A DNA stretch of 64,000 nucleotides from Leucoraja erinacea. Its lineage: Eukaryota. The notes under the pieces were generated by a model. The model was not told the origin of the DNA. It saw only the letters and a list, made by a program, of their open reading frames with translations, and did not search any database. The stretch lies in assembly GCF_028641065.1 (NCBI RefSeq), contig NC_073388.1, positions 25,606,001-25,670,000 on the forward strand, given 5' to 3'. Below, one piece after another: positions 11,362-24,804 of the stretch. Position 1 is the first letter of the stretch; the number at the start of each line of letters is the position of its first letter. A program made the translations under genes and the position numbers.

Positions 11362-11682
11362 AAGGGTCTGTCCCACTTGGACAACCTAATCCACGAGTTT
11401 AGAAGACCCTAGACGAGTTTAAAAAAATGTCAAGGTCGTGTTGGCTCGCCAAAGTAAAAGACCTCCTACGACTATGTCTATGACCTCCTACGACTATGTC
11501 CACGACCTCCTACGACCCACCTCAACCTCAGTCTTCCACACCTAAGAACAACTACGTCTAGCTACGAGTGGAGAATGATCACATGATAAAATGGTCATGT
11601 TTGCAGCGGTCGACTTTAAATTCCAACATCTTGTTGAGATCTGCTAACCATCCAGTCCATCGTTGCGAGGTTTGCGATAGGC
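11362..11682 (+). mobile_element. PIF/Harbinger-like MITE, left part
   Basis: TIR-like aagggtctgtcccact after TTA; internal 21-bp repeats gacctcctacgactatgtc. Confidence 0.55.
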
Positions 11683-11950
11683 GATAGACAATGGGTGCAG
11701 GAGTGGGCCATTCGGCCCTTCGAACCAGCACCTCCATTCAATGTGATCAATGCTGAGTACCCTGTTCCTGCCTTCTCCCCATATCCCCTGACCGCTATTT
11801 TTAAGAGCCCTATCCAGCTCTCTCTTGAAAGCATCCAGAGAACCTGCCTCCACCGCCCTCTGAGGCAGAGAATTCCACAGACTCACCACTCTCTGTGAGA
11901 AAAAGTGTTTCCTTATCTCCGTTCTAAATGGCTTACTCCTTATTCTTAAA
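11683..11950 (-). mobile_element. CR1 3' fragment nested in BEL
   Basis: LRIRSKPFRTEIRKHFFSQRVVSLWNSLPQ plus 3' UTR and ctattgtctat-type tail. Confidence 0.9.
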
Positions 11951-14244
11951 TGATAGGTTCTCATCCCATCCGAGTCTTTCTTTACAGAGCTCATGCATAA
12001 TCTGCGTGGTTGGCAGAGTAAATGGTGCAAGAAATCCTAAAGGATCATATATAGAGCCAACTATAGACAAGATGCCCTGTCGGGTGTATGGTCGTTCCTG
12101 TACCACAATTCTGAACCTGAACACATCTGCTTCAACGCAAATTTTCTTTGTCCAAGACCAACTCCCTGGTCTCCTTGGCTCTGTTTTCTTGTGGAATGGA
12201 TGCCAATACAGCACGGCTGTTGCTGATCCACTTTGACAGCATGAATCCTCCCATTTGGCAGAGGGTAGTCAGGTGTGCTGCCATTTGAATTTATTATTTA
12301 CTGTGTGTGTGACTTTTGCTGGCAAATAAGCTTTGTTGGCCTCAGCAGTCTCCCTTAATGCAAAGTTTGCACATCTTTATAATGACACTGCTCCAAAAAG
12401 ATGTACCTTCATCCGGTATTCAACAAGATCTTGCTGTGCATCACCCTCAGGCCACCACAGGAATCGCAAATAGTCATTATGCTTTTCTGATACCTTGACT
12501 TGATGAAACATTGCTTTGATATCAGCCATCAAAGCAACTGGTTCTTGCCTGAATCTGATGAGAACTCCAATGAGTGAGTTGGTAAGGTCTGGACCCTGCA
12601 GCAGTTGACAGTTAAGTGATGTTCCTTTGAAGACTGTCTCACAGTCAAAGACAACCCTCAAGGTTCCTTTCCTTGAATGATACACCCCATGGTGTGGAAT
12701 ATACCAGAGGTGTCCATCACTTCGATTCAGCTGGTCCACTGGTACCATTTCAGCATAACCATTATCAATCATTTCTGTGAGGACAGATGTACATTCATCA
12801 TGAAATTTCTTATTCTTGCCAAACCTGGTTTCAGGCTCCGGAGGCTCTGCACTGCAATGCAACGGTTATTCGGCAAACTGACGCTTTCTTGTTTGAAAGG
12901 TAAGTCTAGACAATAGTGTTCATCTATCATCTTTACTGAGCGATTCATAATATCCAAGAACTTTACCTCTTCTCTGGACATTTCTTCTGCTTCATTGCTG
13001 GTTCTTTCACTGAAGTCGTGATTGTATTGCTTGACCAGTAGGTCCTCTAAGTTTACAGTGGATATTCGATTGACAGCAGCAGCAGGGCAGCCATTTACAT
13101 CCCTGCTTTTGTTGTCTCTTCGCAGGAGACCATGGATGACACATCCGAGTAGGGTCCTTACGGTGAATGATCCTTCCTCTTGGCTGTTGACCAGCTCCCA
13201 AGGTTCCAATATCTTTGAAGCATTTGTTCCGATGAGTAGGTCAACGTCAGTCTATTTTAGGATGGCCATTCTTTCAGGTCTTCCAGCTTGGGAATGTTTA
13301 GATGAGAAACAGGCATGGTCTTATGGGTGAACACATCAGATAGTTAAAATTGTCTTGGCCAGACTAGATATTTCCAAACCTGAGATATGATGACTGAACA
13401 CAGACTTCTCTTCATTCATGGTACGCAAGAGAATCTTAGTCTTTTGTCCTGTAATGTTCAGCCTTCTCATCAAGCTTTCTGTGCAAAAAGTAGTTGAACT
13501 TCCATGATCCAAAAAGCGTATGCTTGCAACACCGTGTCCCCCTTGCGGCTCTTTACCTGTGCTGGTAAAATGGAGAAGATACAGGTTTCTTCACCTGCCT
13601 CAATATGCTCACACATCTTAGATGAGGAAACAGCATCACTCACAGTTGGCTTCTCATTCTGTTCTGTATGCTCCGGCTTCTTCTCTGTGTTCTTCTGTTC
13701 CGTGTGGAGTATTTCAGGATGATCTTGGTTGCACACATCAGGAGTCATACAATTCTTGCACTCTTTGCCCATGTGTCCTTTCTTCTAAAATCCAAAGCAG
13801 ACTATCTTCTCCTTTAAGAAGTCTATCTTTAATCTGTGCTCCTTCTTGGCCTCAATCTGTGGACACCGCTCCAATGTGTGACCACTTCTTCGTGATCTCT
13901 TGGCCTCAAGTGCATCAATCTTTGCATTAACTGCTGCCAGCTCAGTCTCCAGTTCCAACTGTTCCATCTCTCTTTTATAATATTTATCTTGTGCCTCAAG
14001 CCCAAGCCCGGTTGCTTGGTTGCTGCCAGGGCTGTCTCTCTTTTCAATTGTGCTTCTCGTGCCTCTCTTTTAATTTGTTCTTCTTGCGCCTCAAGCTTGT
14101 GCTTTTTCATCCTGGCGGAAACCCATTCCAAGAGAGCAGCCTGAGTTTTAATACGAGCAGAGACCTTTGAAGATGCACATGATGAATAATTAGATTTGTG
14201 GCTTGATCTTCTTTCTTTTCCAGAATCCTGTTCCACTTCGCCCT

Positions 14245-14452
14245 TGCAGAAAATTTTTCAACATGCTGAAAAATTTTCCGCGACCTAGCTGAGGCCGCGA
14301 GTATTCGGGAACTTCTCTCAAGCATGAAGGAGAGTTCCAGTGACCTCATAGGATCTCCTCCTAAGACCACGTGTCGACCATGCTGCGAGTTGGAGTCGAG
14401 GGCAAACTCTTCAAAACGCGCAGATTAGTTTGCCGCAGTGGGACAGCCCCTT
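14245..14452 (-). mobile_element. PIF/Harbinger-like MITE half nested in BEL
   Basis: TIR-like agtgggacagcccctt; palindrome aaaatttttcaacatgctgaaaaatttt at the other end. Confidence 0.55.
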
Positions 14453-14736
14453 CACAGCCGTTTTCAATACAACTTTTCTTATCGCTTATCCAATAAAGCT
14501 TAATGCAGCTTTTCCAATACAGCCTTCTTGGCCGTTCCAAAACAACCTAAAGTAGCCGTTCTTAAAGCTTAATGCTGTACGGTCACTCACGATTCCTTGC
14601 GCGTTGGCTTTCGAAGTTTCCAATCTTCGTTATTCAGCTTAGCGCAGGTGGCGACCTTGTCCAATTGACGGCATCAAGCAGATCCTTTGTTCCAGTTTTC
14701 CTAACTTCAGTTCCACTCATAGCGAACAGTTTTTAC

Positions 14737-15089
14737 TTTAAAAGGCAGGGAGGATTAGAACTTACGCAGACGATAACAAAAACAAATCTCCCAGTCGTTC
14801 TTTTATTGATGTAGTTGTACAGACAAAGAAGTGAACATACAAGATCCTCTTTATTCTTATACAAATTGTAGCGTTCTGTTCTTACTATCTGATCTGTTAA
14901 AAACTGTATTCTTTCTCCCGTGCCAGCTCCAGTCTGATCTGACCACTTCTTTTGGCTACGCTACATGTAACGTTCATCTACGTATCAAAAGCCCACCCCC
15001 AAGCATTCAAAATAATTCAGCAAGAAATATCTAGACAAAATAATAAAATATGCTAACAGTAACTAGCATCAGCATGAATGGCTCCTACA
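14737..15089 (-). repeat. BEL 5' LTR
   Basis: Direct repeat of 9495-9864; followed in element sense by agtaaaaa at the start of the internal region. Confidence 0.9.
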
Positions 15090-15288
15090 AAGGAAGTTAC
15101 ACTTTTAACCTATTTTGTCAAATTATAAAATCGCAATTCTTTCCACATTCAATTGTCTTTATGACCAGAAACTAACAGCTAAAAATTGGAATGAAGGAAA
15201 TAAATCGTTATTGAGGGAGATGTAAGCGGGAACCAGGGAACTGTTGGGCAAATGGTTCTTGCAAAGATGAGAAGGGAAGATGCATTAC

Positions 15289-15392
15289 GAATGAATGAAT
15301 GAATAAGTTTGATGATGATGCATTATGAATGAATGATTGAATGAATGAATGAATAAGTTTATTAGCCAAGCATTCACATGCAAGGAATTTGC
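15289..15392 (-). mobile_element. L2/Rex1-type LINE tail with partly duplicated (CATT)n microsatellite
   Basis: gaatgaatgaatgaataagttt occurs twice, followed by attagccaag...gcaaggaatttgc. Confidence 0.55.
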
Positions 15393-16027
15393 ATTACATT
15401 AACTTACATTGGAGATCACAGATTCTGGAAGATGGTATTGTGTTTGAAGTTGGAACTTGCAGAGGACATGATGTCAAAAACCACTGACCTTCATAGTACG
15501 AATGCTATCAATTGATCTACAGCAAACAATTGAGAGATATTGGCAGTTAAGCCTTGAAAGCAGATGTCTAAAAAGGAACATTACGGTATGCAAGATTGCA
15601 AGAAAAAAGTAAATCGAAGGCACTATTTTCAAAATAAATATTAACGGAAGGATTTCGTTAATTAGAAACATTTTGCTAGCTGTGAAACTTGTTGGATATT
15701 TAGTCCATTTTAGGGGCTGGACCTTGTTAGCAATTGTAGGCAGAACACAAGCTTGTTCAGACTTGGCTGGAAAGTGTTTGATTTCAGGCCCTTGCTGATT
15801 TTGTGGAGCATGGATGAATAATTACTTATACCAACCTAGCAAACAATCATAATACTTATGTGCTGAGTTCATCCATGAACATATCACAAACAGATACTGG
15901 GCAGCGAGTGCTCAGCTCAGTCCAAAAATGATTTTAAAAAAATTCATATCAAAATTGCATGTTACTTATTGCCGGTTCCAGCAGTAGCTGATGAAGAAAG
16001 CTGCTGCAGCTATAATCACAACAGCAT

Positions 16028-16452
16028 ATTTAGTTTAATTTTTAGTTAAAAGATACAGAGTGGAAATTGGCGCTTTGGCCCACGGAGTCCGTGCCGACCA
16101 GCGATCCTCATACACTAACATAGACAATAGGTGCAGGAGCAGGCCATTCGGCCCTTCGAGCCAACACCATCATTCAATATGTTCATGGCTGATCATCCAG
16201 AATCAGTACCCCGTTCCTGCTTTCTCCCCATACCCCTCGATTCTGTTAGCCCTAAGAGCTAAATTTAACTCTCTCTTGAAAACATTGTGAATTGGCCTCC
16301 ACTGCCTTCTGTGGCAGAGAATTCCAGATTCACAACTCTCTAGGAGAAAACCCACGCAGGTCACAGGGAGAACATATAAAACAAACAGGCAGCACTCACA
16401 GTCAGGATCGAACTCTGGCACTATAAGGCAGTAACTCTACCTTTGTGCCACC
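16028..16452 (-). mobile_element. V-SINE (HE1-like) with nested CR1 3' fragment (16120-16340)
   Basis: tRNA-like head (gtcaggatcgaac B-box on minus), V-domain acagggagaaca, LINE-derived tail; CR1 piece encodes VFKRELNLAL...YGEKAGTGY. Confidence 0.75.
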
Positions 16453-16565
16453 AAGCCAATGGTAATATATCCTACACCATTTTAAGGGATTATTTGTCCC
16501 TTTATTGTAATTGGGAGAGGCTTCAAAATATAATTTTAACCTAGAAGAAAAAACACCTATCTAGC

Positions 16566-17652
16566 GCACAGTCAACATTACCACAGGAACTGAAGGATAA
16601 AATTATGTGATTAGAGGTATTAAGCAAAATTAGGGAAACCATCACATTGCCTAGATTTCTGCCGTTAGTTGACGCTAACACCTAACGGAGAAATTCTACG
16701 TCCTTTCTAGGTCTGATGACCTGAGATGGAACTTACTTATTTGTGCTTCTCTTGCAGTATTGTGGAGTTGCTTCTGACCAGATATTGATCATACTCAGAT
16801 TTTTAGAGATCCAGAATTATAAAAGGATTGTTGCATGTCATAGTATTGATATTTAATTTTGACAGGGGATAAATACACTAAATGCTAATTTTATGTTAGG
16901 AACATGCACAATGTTGCCCATATCCTTCAAGAACCGGATGTTCTGGATTCTTGTGCTTGACGTGTTATTTTCATGCAAATTAGAGGATTAAAGGCATTCA
17001 AGCCTGATTTCTGTGAAAACTGCTCTGCAATAAGTTTTCAAATTAGATAAGAGTTAATCTTGGATTACTCAGATTTCCATGGAAGAATTTTACTTTTTCA
17101 AAAGTGTTATCATGCATAATTAAGCAGTTATGCAATATTATACTGCTTTTACTTAAGTAGATATACTGACACTTAAAGTTATGCTTTATTCATTTTGTTA
17201 GAAAAGTCCTTTAAATGTGATAAGAACCACTATTTTAATATTATTACAATTATTGACGAATCCGGGCATTTTATTTATAAAATAACTTCCTTACATTAAT
17301 ACTGTTAAAATTGAACCTTAAATGGTTTAATTTTAATATTATAATAAATATATTTTACTAGGCAGAATATATTGATCAAAATGCTCTCATGACTGCTTTT
17401 AACATAAATTATTAGGTTCTTTTTTGTTCAAGCAAAAATGATTCAAGGACCATTTTAGATATCCAAGTTTCTCTGGCATGATTTTGTCATCTTTTCACAG
17501 TTCAAATATCTGTCTTCAAGTAATATTTTGTTTTTTTCTGTCTTTTCAACTAACGGCAGAAATCTAGGCAATGTGATGGTTTCCCAAATTTTGCTTAATA
17601 CCACTAATCACATAATTTTATCCTTCATTTCCTGTGGTAACGTTGACTGTGC
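16566..17652. repeat. 107-bp inverted repeat (16566-16672 / 17546-17652) with 873-bp spacer
   Basis: Manual alignment gives 4 mismatches and no gaps. Confidence 0.95.
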
Positions 17653-17889
17653 ACCATATGCTTAAATAATGTTTAGTAGAGTTTGCCATCCATTGATTCA
17701 CTTTACATATTGATACCACGGTAGGGGTTCATATTGAAACAATTTTTAATTATCCCAAAAAGTATGGTAAATGTGGCAAGTGCATACCCATGATTTGAAA
17801 ACAAATAAAATTAAGACAGATATGTTATTATTAAAATAAAGGCAAGTAAGGTTAAAACAACAGGGATTTAAGACGCCCCCCCCTTCCCC

Positions 17890-20581
17890 CCACTACCTAA
17901 CATACCACTGAACGACATGCAATCTATTGAAAATAAGCTAGATAACAAAGCTAGAATGACTTACCTCAAATAAATGAGAGACTGCTGTGTGCTCTTTTTT
18001 ACAGAGACATACCTGACTGTGCCATTCAGCCCGAGGGCACCTCCCTTCACCAGATGGACTGTACAGCATCTTAGAGGCGGCGCTGTCTGCTTTCTAATCT
18101 ATACTTCGTGGTGTTAAGACGTGGCAGTACTGGCGAGTTAATGTTCCCACGACCTTAAATATCCAGCTGTGAATGGCCGTCCCTACTACCTGCCGAGGGA
18201 ATTCACCACAGCTATCCCGACAGTAGTTAGTATCCCCCCCCACACAGGCGTCAAGCATGCTCTGAACGAACTGTACTCCATTATCAATAGCGCCGAGACA
18301 AAACACCCCGAAGCCCTGGTCGTTGTAGCTGGAGACTTCAATCAAGCCAACCTCAGGGGCCTACTACCAAAGTACTACCAGCATGTCCCACCAGCGGTCA
18401 GAACACCCTCGACCACTGTTATACATCAATAAAGAAATGCCTACCGCTCTGTCCTTCTACCTAGAAATCTGATCACCTAGTTGTGCTTCTGTTCCATCCC
18501 TACAAATAAATATTGAAGAAGGAGGATCCGGTACAGGGAGTTGTGAAATGTTTGTCAACAGACACGGATGACAACTTGCGTGACTGCTTTGATTCAGTGG
18601 ACTAGCCCATATTGAGGGATTCCGCAGCTAACCTGAATGAGTACGCTACTGCCATGATTGACTTCATCAGCAAGTGCGTAGGAGACTGCATGCCGACGAA
18701 GTCAATCCGAGTGTTCCCCAACCACAAACCATGGATGAACCGTGAGGTACATTCACAGGTTAAGGTCAGGTCCGCTGCATACAAATTAAACAATCCTGAG
18801 CAGTACAAGAATGCCCACTATGTTCTCCGCAAAGCCATTAAGGATGTCAAGAGACAATATCGGGACAAACTTGAATCCTAGTATAATCACTCGGACACAA
18901 AAATAATGTAGCAAGGTCTGAATAAGATAACTGGCTGCAAAATAAGGTTGGGCAACATCATTCATGATAGTCCTGATGAACTGAATGCATTTTTTGCTCG
19001 CTTCAAGCATAAGGCGAACTGGCGGTGACACCTGGTCCTTCAGACTCCAGACTTCAGCCTCTCCCAGGGTGACTGTAGCAGAGGTTAAATCGGCTTTCCT
19101 GAGGGTAAAGCCACGATAAGCAACTGGCCCAGACAAGGTTCAAGTCTTCAATGTCCTTAGTAGCTGCGTGAACCAGTTAGCAGGAGTATTCGCAGACAGC
19201 TTTAATCTCTCCCTACTCGGTTCTAAGGTACCCACCAGCTTCAAGACCATCATCATCCCAGTGCCGAAGGAAAGCAAGTCCTCATGCCTAAACGACTACC
19301 GTCCAGTGATCTTGACATCCACCATCATGAAATGTTTTGAGAGACTAGTTATGGAACGCATTAAATCCAGACCACACAGTGGCCTTGACCCACTGCAGTT
19401 CCCGTACCGCCACAAAAGTTCACGGTCGATGCCATCGCCCTAACCCTACACTCATCCCTAGAACACCTGGGTAAGAGACACCTACGTCAGACTTTAATAC
19501 TCTGCCTTTCATACGATTATACCATCCAAGCTTATCATCAAACTCGTAGGACTTGGTTGCAACATTCATCTATTCAACTGGATGCTCGATTTACCAGCCA
19601 ATAGACCCCAATCAGCGAGATTAGAGGTCAAATTATCGTCAATGGTAATTCTCAACCATGCTCTATCAGAATGCATTCTCGGTCCCCTTCTCTACTCCTT
19701 GTACACCCACGACTGTGCAGTCATGTACAAATCTAATTCAATTTTCAAATTTGCAGACGACACCGCCATTGTGTGCCGGATATCATATAATGATGAGATG
19801 GAGTATCGGATGGAGATCGAGATCCTCATGTCCTGCTGTTGAGACACCAACCTTCTCTCAATGTCAGCAAGACAAAGGAGATAGTGATCGACTTCAAGAA
19901 ACTAAGTGGTCCACTTACTCCAGTTTTCATTGATGGTGCTGAAGTAGAGATGGTTGAAAACTTCAAATTCCTAGGAGTCAATATCACCAACAACTTCTCC
20001 TGGACCACCCAGATTGAAGCAACGACCAAGAAAGCAAACCAACATGTTCGGCATGTCCCCAACAACTCTCACCAACTTCTGCAGATGCACAATAGAAAGC
20101 ATTTTATCAGGATGCAAGAAATTGCAGCGAATTGTGGATGCAGCCCAGACCATCACACTAACCAACCTCCCTTCTATTGACTCAATTTATATCTCACGCT
20201 TCCTCGGCAAGGTCAACAACATAATCAAGGATAAGTCGCAGCCTGGCCACTCCCTCTTTTCCCCTCACCCATCAGGCAATGTGTATAGAAATGTGAAAAC
20301 GCACACCTCCAATTTAGGGACAGTTACTTCCCAGCTGTTATCAGCCTGCACAACCAGAGAGCAGTCCCGAACTACTAACTACCTCATTGGTGACCCTTGT
20401 ACTATCCTTGATTGGACTTTGCTGGCTTTACCTTGCACTAAGCGTTATTCCCTGATCAAGTATCTATACACAGTTATGGCACGATTGTAATCATGTATGT
20501 CTTTCTGCTGACTGGATATCATGCAACAAAAGCTTTTCATTATACTGCAGTACACGTGACAATAAACTAAACTGAACTAAA
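17890..20581 (+). mobile_element. Rex1/Babar-clade LINE, near full ORF, degenerate
   Basis: APE: RPYYLPREFT, AGDFNQANL, FPNHKPWMN. RT: LNDYRPVILTSTIMKCFERLV, LYSLYTHDC, KFADDT, LNVSKTKEIVIDF. Tail aataaactaaactgaactaaa. Confidence 0.9.
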
Positions 20582-21188
20582 TGGAAATTTCCGCTGTGTT
20601 CAGCGAGTTCTTTAGAAGACATAATTTCACGCTTTGCCCATGACGGTTGCTAAGGGTTGCTGTCAGGCATCAGCTCTAAGGAATCCTTGGCCTCCAGAAG
20701 CAATGATCTGCTCCAGCTGGATGAACAGCTAATCATATTTAGTAATTCTGCTAGCTACCAAACCAGTAATATTTATCAGGGAATTACATCAACATATATT
20801 GAAGCCAGAGTTTGCAGAGCAGTAATCAAGGATAATATGCCATAAAAATTAACTCATATCTCTAATGCGTGGTACAATGCATGGTAAGATATTCTATGTA
20901 TTGAACAGCACAAAATATAGAACAGCACATTGTTGAAAAATCACCTTTTTCTATGGAAAGAAAGTTGAAAAATTAAATATACTGTGAGGTGTGAAGATGA
21001 ATCACAACTGGATTTCCATACCTCAGCACATGAATAATGCCAAAGTTAGTGTCGGTTTTACTACTTAAAAAGAGTGAATACATTTCACTGTCATTTCAAC
21101 AGCAAAATCTGGAAAATGCTATTCCAGTTTTAGAAATTAAGGTAGATTTGCTACAATGATTACCGACCATTGACACTAATGTCTATGG

Positions 21189-21598
21189 CAGGGGCCTCCA
21201 AACTTTTCAGCATGAGGGCCACATTTCCTAAGGCCTGCACATTTTTGCGGGCCGTAGGAAAAAATAAAGAAATATCGCTTTTATAAATTTAATGTCTCTC
21301 TCTCTCTCTATATCTGTCACGATGTAAAATGAAACTTACCCATGGAGCTATCGGGTCGCTGAGCGGAAAAAAAGATGGCGGTGTGGAAAGCTCGCGCTGA
21401 GGACCCATGGGGTGTCCTTTTTACGCCAGTCAAGTAAAGACAGGAGGGGCGGAGCAAGTGGGGGCGCTGTTTGAACTCGCTACCACAGAAACCGCTAAAT
21501 AGCCCGCCGGATGGAACGTGTTAAGAGCTTGCTGTGGGCCGGATAAAATCTCGTGGCGGGCCAGATGTGGCCCGCGGGCCATAGTTTGGAGACCTCTG
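21189..21598. mobile_element. hAT (Charlie-like) MITE
   Basis: TIRs CAGGGGCCTCCAAACT / AGTTTGGAGACCTCTG; perfect 8-bp TSD gtctatgg (21181-21188 and 21599-21606). Confidence 0.93.
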
Positions 21599-21639
21599 GT
21601 CTATGGTGATGAAGCGATAGAGAGAATGGATATGGCACA

Positions 21640-23770
21640 TATATTAGCAAGAACATACAATTTGCCGACCACCAAAATAGATCAATGAGGGTTGTGATCT
21701 CACTTGTTCTCCACTCTGCGCTGGACCATTTGTACAATAAAAATATACATCGGGCTGTTGCACAGATTACAGCTCAGCATTCAACACCATCATCCCCTCC
21801 CAACATTATCAAGCTCCGGTAATTGGGTTTCTGCACATCCCTTTGCAACAGGATCCTCAACGTCCTCCTCAACAGAACACAATTGGCAGAAATTGGCAAC
21901 AACACTTCCTCCTCGATAACCAAAATCACAGGAACATCTCATGGGTAATGATGTCAGAGTATAGGAGAAAGAGTGATTGTCTAATTGAATGGTGCCAGAA
22001 CCACCTTACGCTTAACGTCAGTAAGACCATGGAGCTGATTGTTAACTTTAGAAAAGGAAGGCCAAGGATCCACAAATCTGTCTTCATCGACGTGACGATG
22101 GTGGAGTCAACAACTTCAGGTTCTTGGATGTGTATTGGATTAACGGGTCCCTTTCAGAATGGCAGGCAGTGACTAGTGGGGTATCGCAAGGCTCGGTGCT
22201 GGGACCGCAGCTATTTACAATATACATCAATAGTTTGGATGAAGGGATTCAAAGTAACATTAGCAAATTTGCAGATGACACAAAGCTGGGTGGCAGTTTG
22301 AACTGTGAGGAGGATGCTATGAGAATGCAGGGTGACTTGGACAGGTTGTGGGAGTGGGCAGATGCATGGCAGATGAAATTTAATGCGGATAAATGTGAGG
22401 TTATCCACTTTGGTAGCAAAAATAGGAAGGCAGATTACTATCTAAATGGCGTCAAGTTGGGAAAAGGGGAAGTACAACGGGATCTGGAGGTCCTCGTTCA
22501 TCCGTCTATGAATTTAAGAATGCAGGTACAGCAGGCAGTGAAGAAAGCGAATGGCATGTTGGCCTTTATAACAAGAGGAATCGAATATAGGAGCAAAGAG
22601 GTCCTTCTGCAGTTGTACAGAGCCCTTCTGCAGTTGTACAGAGGTGAGACCACACCTGGAGTATTGTGTAGTTTTGGTCCCCTAATTTGAGGAAGGACAT
22701 TCTTGCTATTGAGGGAGTGCAGCGTAGGTTTACAAGGTTAATTCCCAGGATGGCGGGACTGTCATATGCTGAGAGAATGGAGCGGCTGGGCTTGTACACT
22801 CTGGAGTTTAGAAGGATGAGAGGGGATCTTATTGAAACATATAGGATTGTTAAGGGTTTGGACATGCTAGAGGCAGGAAACATGTTCCCGATGTCGGGGG
22901 AGTCCAGAACCACGGGCCACAATTTAAGAATAAGGGGTAAGCCATTTAGAACAGAGACAAGGAAACACTTTTTCTCACAGAGAGTTGTGAGTCTGTGGAA
23001 TTATCTGTATCAGAGGGCGGTGGAGGCAGGTTCTCTGGATGCTTTCAAGAGAGAGCTAGATAGGGCTCTTAAAAATAGTGGTGTCAGGGGATATGGGGAG
23101 AAGGCAGGAACGGGATACTGATTGAGGATGATCAGCCATGATCACATTGAATGTGATCGAAGGGCCAAATGGCGTACTCCTGCACCTATTGTCTATTGTG
23201 TATACCTCTGAAGATCTGGCCTGGGCACAGCAGATTGATACAGTCACAAAGAAAGTCCATCACTTTTCTACTTCCTTAGAAGATCGAGGAGATTTGCTAT
23301 GTCAACAAACTTGAACTTCTTTAGGTGTGAAGCAGAGAGCATATTGATTGGTAGCAGCACGGCCTGGTTCAGCAACACAAACTTCCAATTCACGGGTACC
23401 GACATCCCCACAATCGAAGGGATCTATAGGATCTTTTTCACCTCAAAAAAAGGAAGCCAGCATGATCAAGTACCCACTCCACCCTGACCACGCTCTATTG
23501 AACACTACAAACATCAATTAATCTTCAAACTATGAATTGTCTCCGTTGCACTAGGGACTTTGGGCTTTCGTTTTGTTTTTGCACTAATATTGAGGCATTT
23601 TTCTTTATTGATCTTTTTTTTGTTTATCATGTTATGTTATTTTTTGAATACTGTGTTTATAAACCTGTTACACAGCTGCGATTAAGAATGTCATTGTTCT
23701 GTTTCAGTACTTATAACAAATAAACACTCTTGACTCTTGAATCTCAAGGGCTAAGAGCCTTGACTCTTGA
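21640..23770 (+). mobile_element. Older Rex1/Babar LINE remnant split by a CR1 insertion
   Basis: SAFNTIIP, WCQNHLTLNVSKTMELIVNFRK; FRFLDVY|TSEDLAW is restored across the CR1; aataaa plus (cttgact)n tail. Confidence 0.75.
22136..23196 (+). mobile_element. 5'-truncated CR1 LINE (RT C-terminal half)
   Basis: SGVSQGSVLGPQLF, SKFADDTKLGG, KCEVIHFG; TSD tgtgtat at 22129-22135 and 23197-23203. Confidence 0.95.
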
Positions 23771-24804
23771 GATTTGCCACTGTAGATGTAAAATATTTTT
23801 TTCTTACTTGGCAGGTTCATCAGCAGAAACAAAATAATCTTGATGTTTGGAACAAATTGGACATGTTACTTTTGCATGGTTCTACTTACAGTAGTTTGGG
23901 TTTTCGCTGACACCACCGTTTCCCTTCTAACGTCGCTCCATTTTATAACTTTGCTGTCTAATCTATTTGAATTCAGAACCCTTCATTACATATTACAGTT
24001 TGATCTGTAGGATTACCAATCTTGTGACCTTGATCGTGTTACCAATTTACAGTGACGAGTTTAGTCAGTCAAACAACAGGAATAAAAAAAAGACATACTA
24101 TCATCACTTCAAACTATATCTCTGTGGTAGGTTTCAGTTTGGCTTGCACTGGGTTTGAGATTGTAAATTTCAACTAATGAGAGGTACCCGTATATCGGAA
24201 AATGAGATAAAACCAATGAATTGGACTTTTTAAAATTGAATCCTAAGACACCTTTTGACTTTTAATTTTAAATAGTTTTGGTGTTGGTGTTTCTGACTAC
24301 AGATACAAAGTTTTGCTGTGGCTTGATTTGTCCCCATTAGTTGCCTTTCTTGCCTTTCAAGTTCATTGAGCAACACTAAGAAAAGCCAATAGTAAATCCA
24401 CAGAATATATATTTTGGTTAGCTTTATTTTCTTTAAATATAATATGCCAAACAGTTTGGAACAACTGCCTTAAATATATAACCGTTTTTTTAATTTTTAC
24501 ATTGATGCTTTCTTTCCCTCTGTCAACTGCCAAAATGTCTGATTTAAAAGGAAATTACAGACAGAATTTAATCACATGCCAAACTGACTGGAAAATTTCC
24601 AATTAACACTGGCACCAGGTTTCAAATAACTTGCTAAATTCTAAAAAAATCTACTGAAGGACATTTATCTTAGGACAATATTGGCATTATACATACCAAA
24701 AAACTAAATGCCATTCATGACTATCTATCCGTTAAACTTTAAGTAAATAATCATACAATTTTAAAAAGCCTATATCAAACCAAATCTGAAAGCTTGTGCT
24801 TTTT

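Larger units (their letters stand above)
10000..14236 (-). pseudogene. BEL/Pao gag-pol polyprotein remnants
   Basis: WYIPHHGVYH, LRVVFD, GPDLTNSLIGVLIRFRQ, ADIKAMFHQV, LRFLWW, HLFGA (RT); SIYDPLGFLAPF, LGWDE (RNase H); KMADLP..PPFTDVGLDYF and FWKRWTQEYLPLIQER (IN). Confidence 0.92.
9495..15089 (-). mobile_element. BEL/Pao LTR retrotransposon, decayed, with nested insertions
   Basis: Two similar LTRs (~9495-9864 and ~14737-15089), both starting TG on the minus strand. PPT-like aggggccggtg precedes the 3' LTR. gag-PR-RT-RH-IN fragments lie in order. Confidence 0.93.

Noticed and set aside
11460-11520. Short direct repeats as a CRISPR-like array
   Set aside because: They are tandem ~21-bp units without unique spacers, inside a MITE in a eukaryotic genome.
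22603-22643. 21-bp tandem duplication in CR1 (LLQLYRA twice)
   Set aside because: Ordinary slippage mutation in a dead element.
23885-24080. Possible minus-strand exon ending at a GTAAGT donor (~23890)
   Set aside because: The frames I checked contain stops, with no recognisable product or partner exons.
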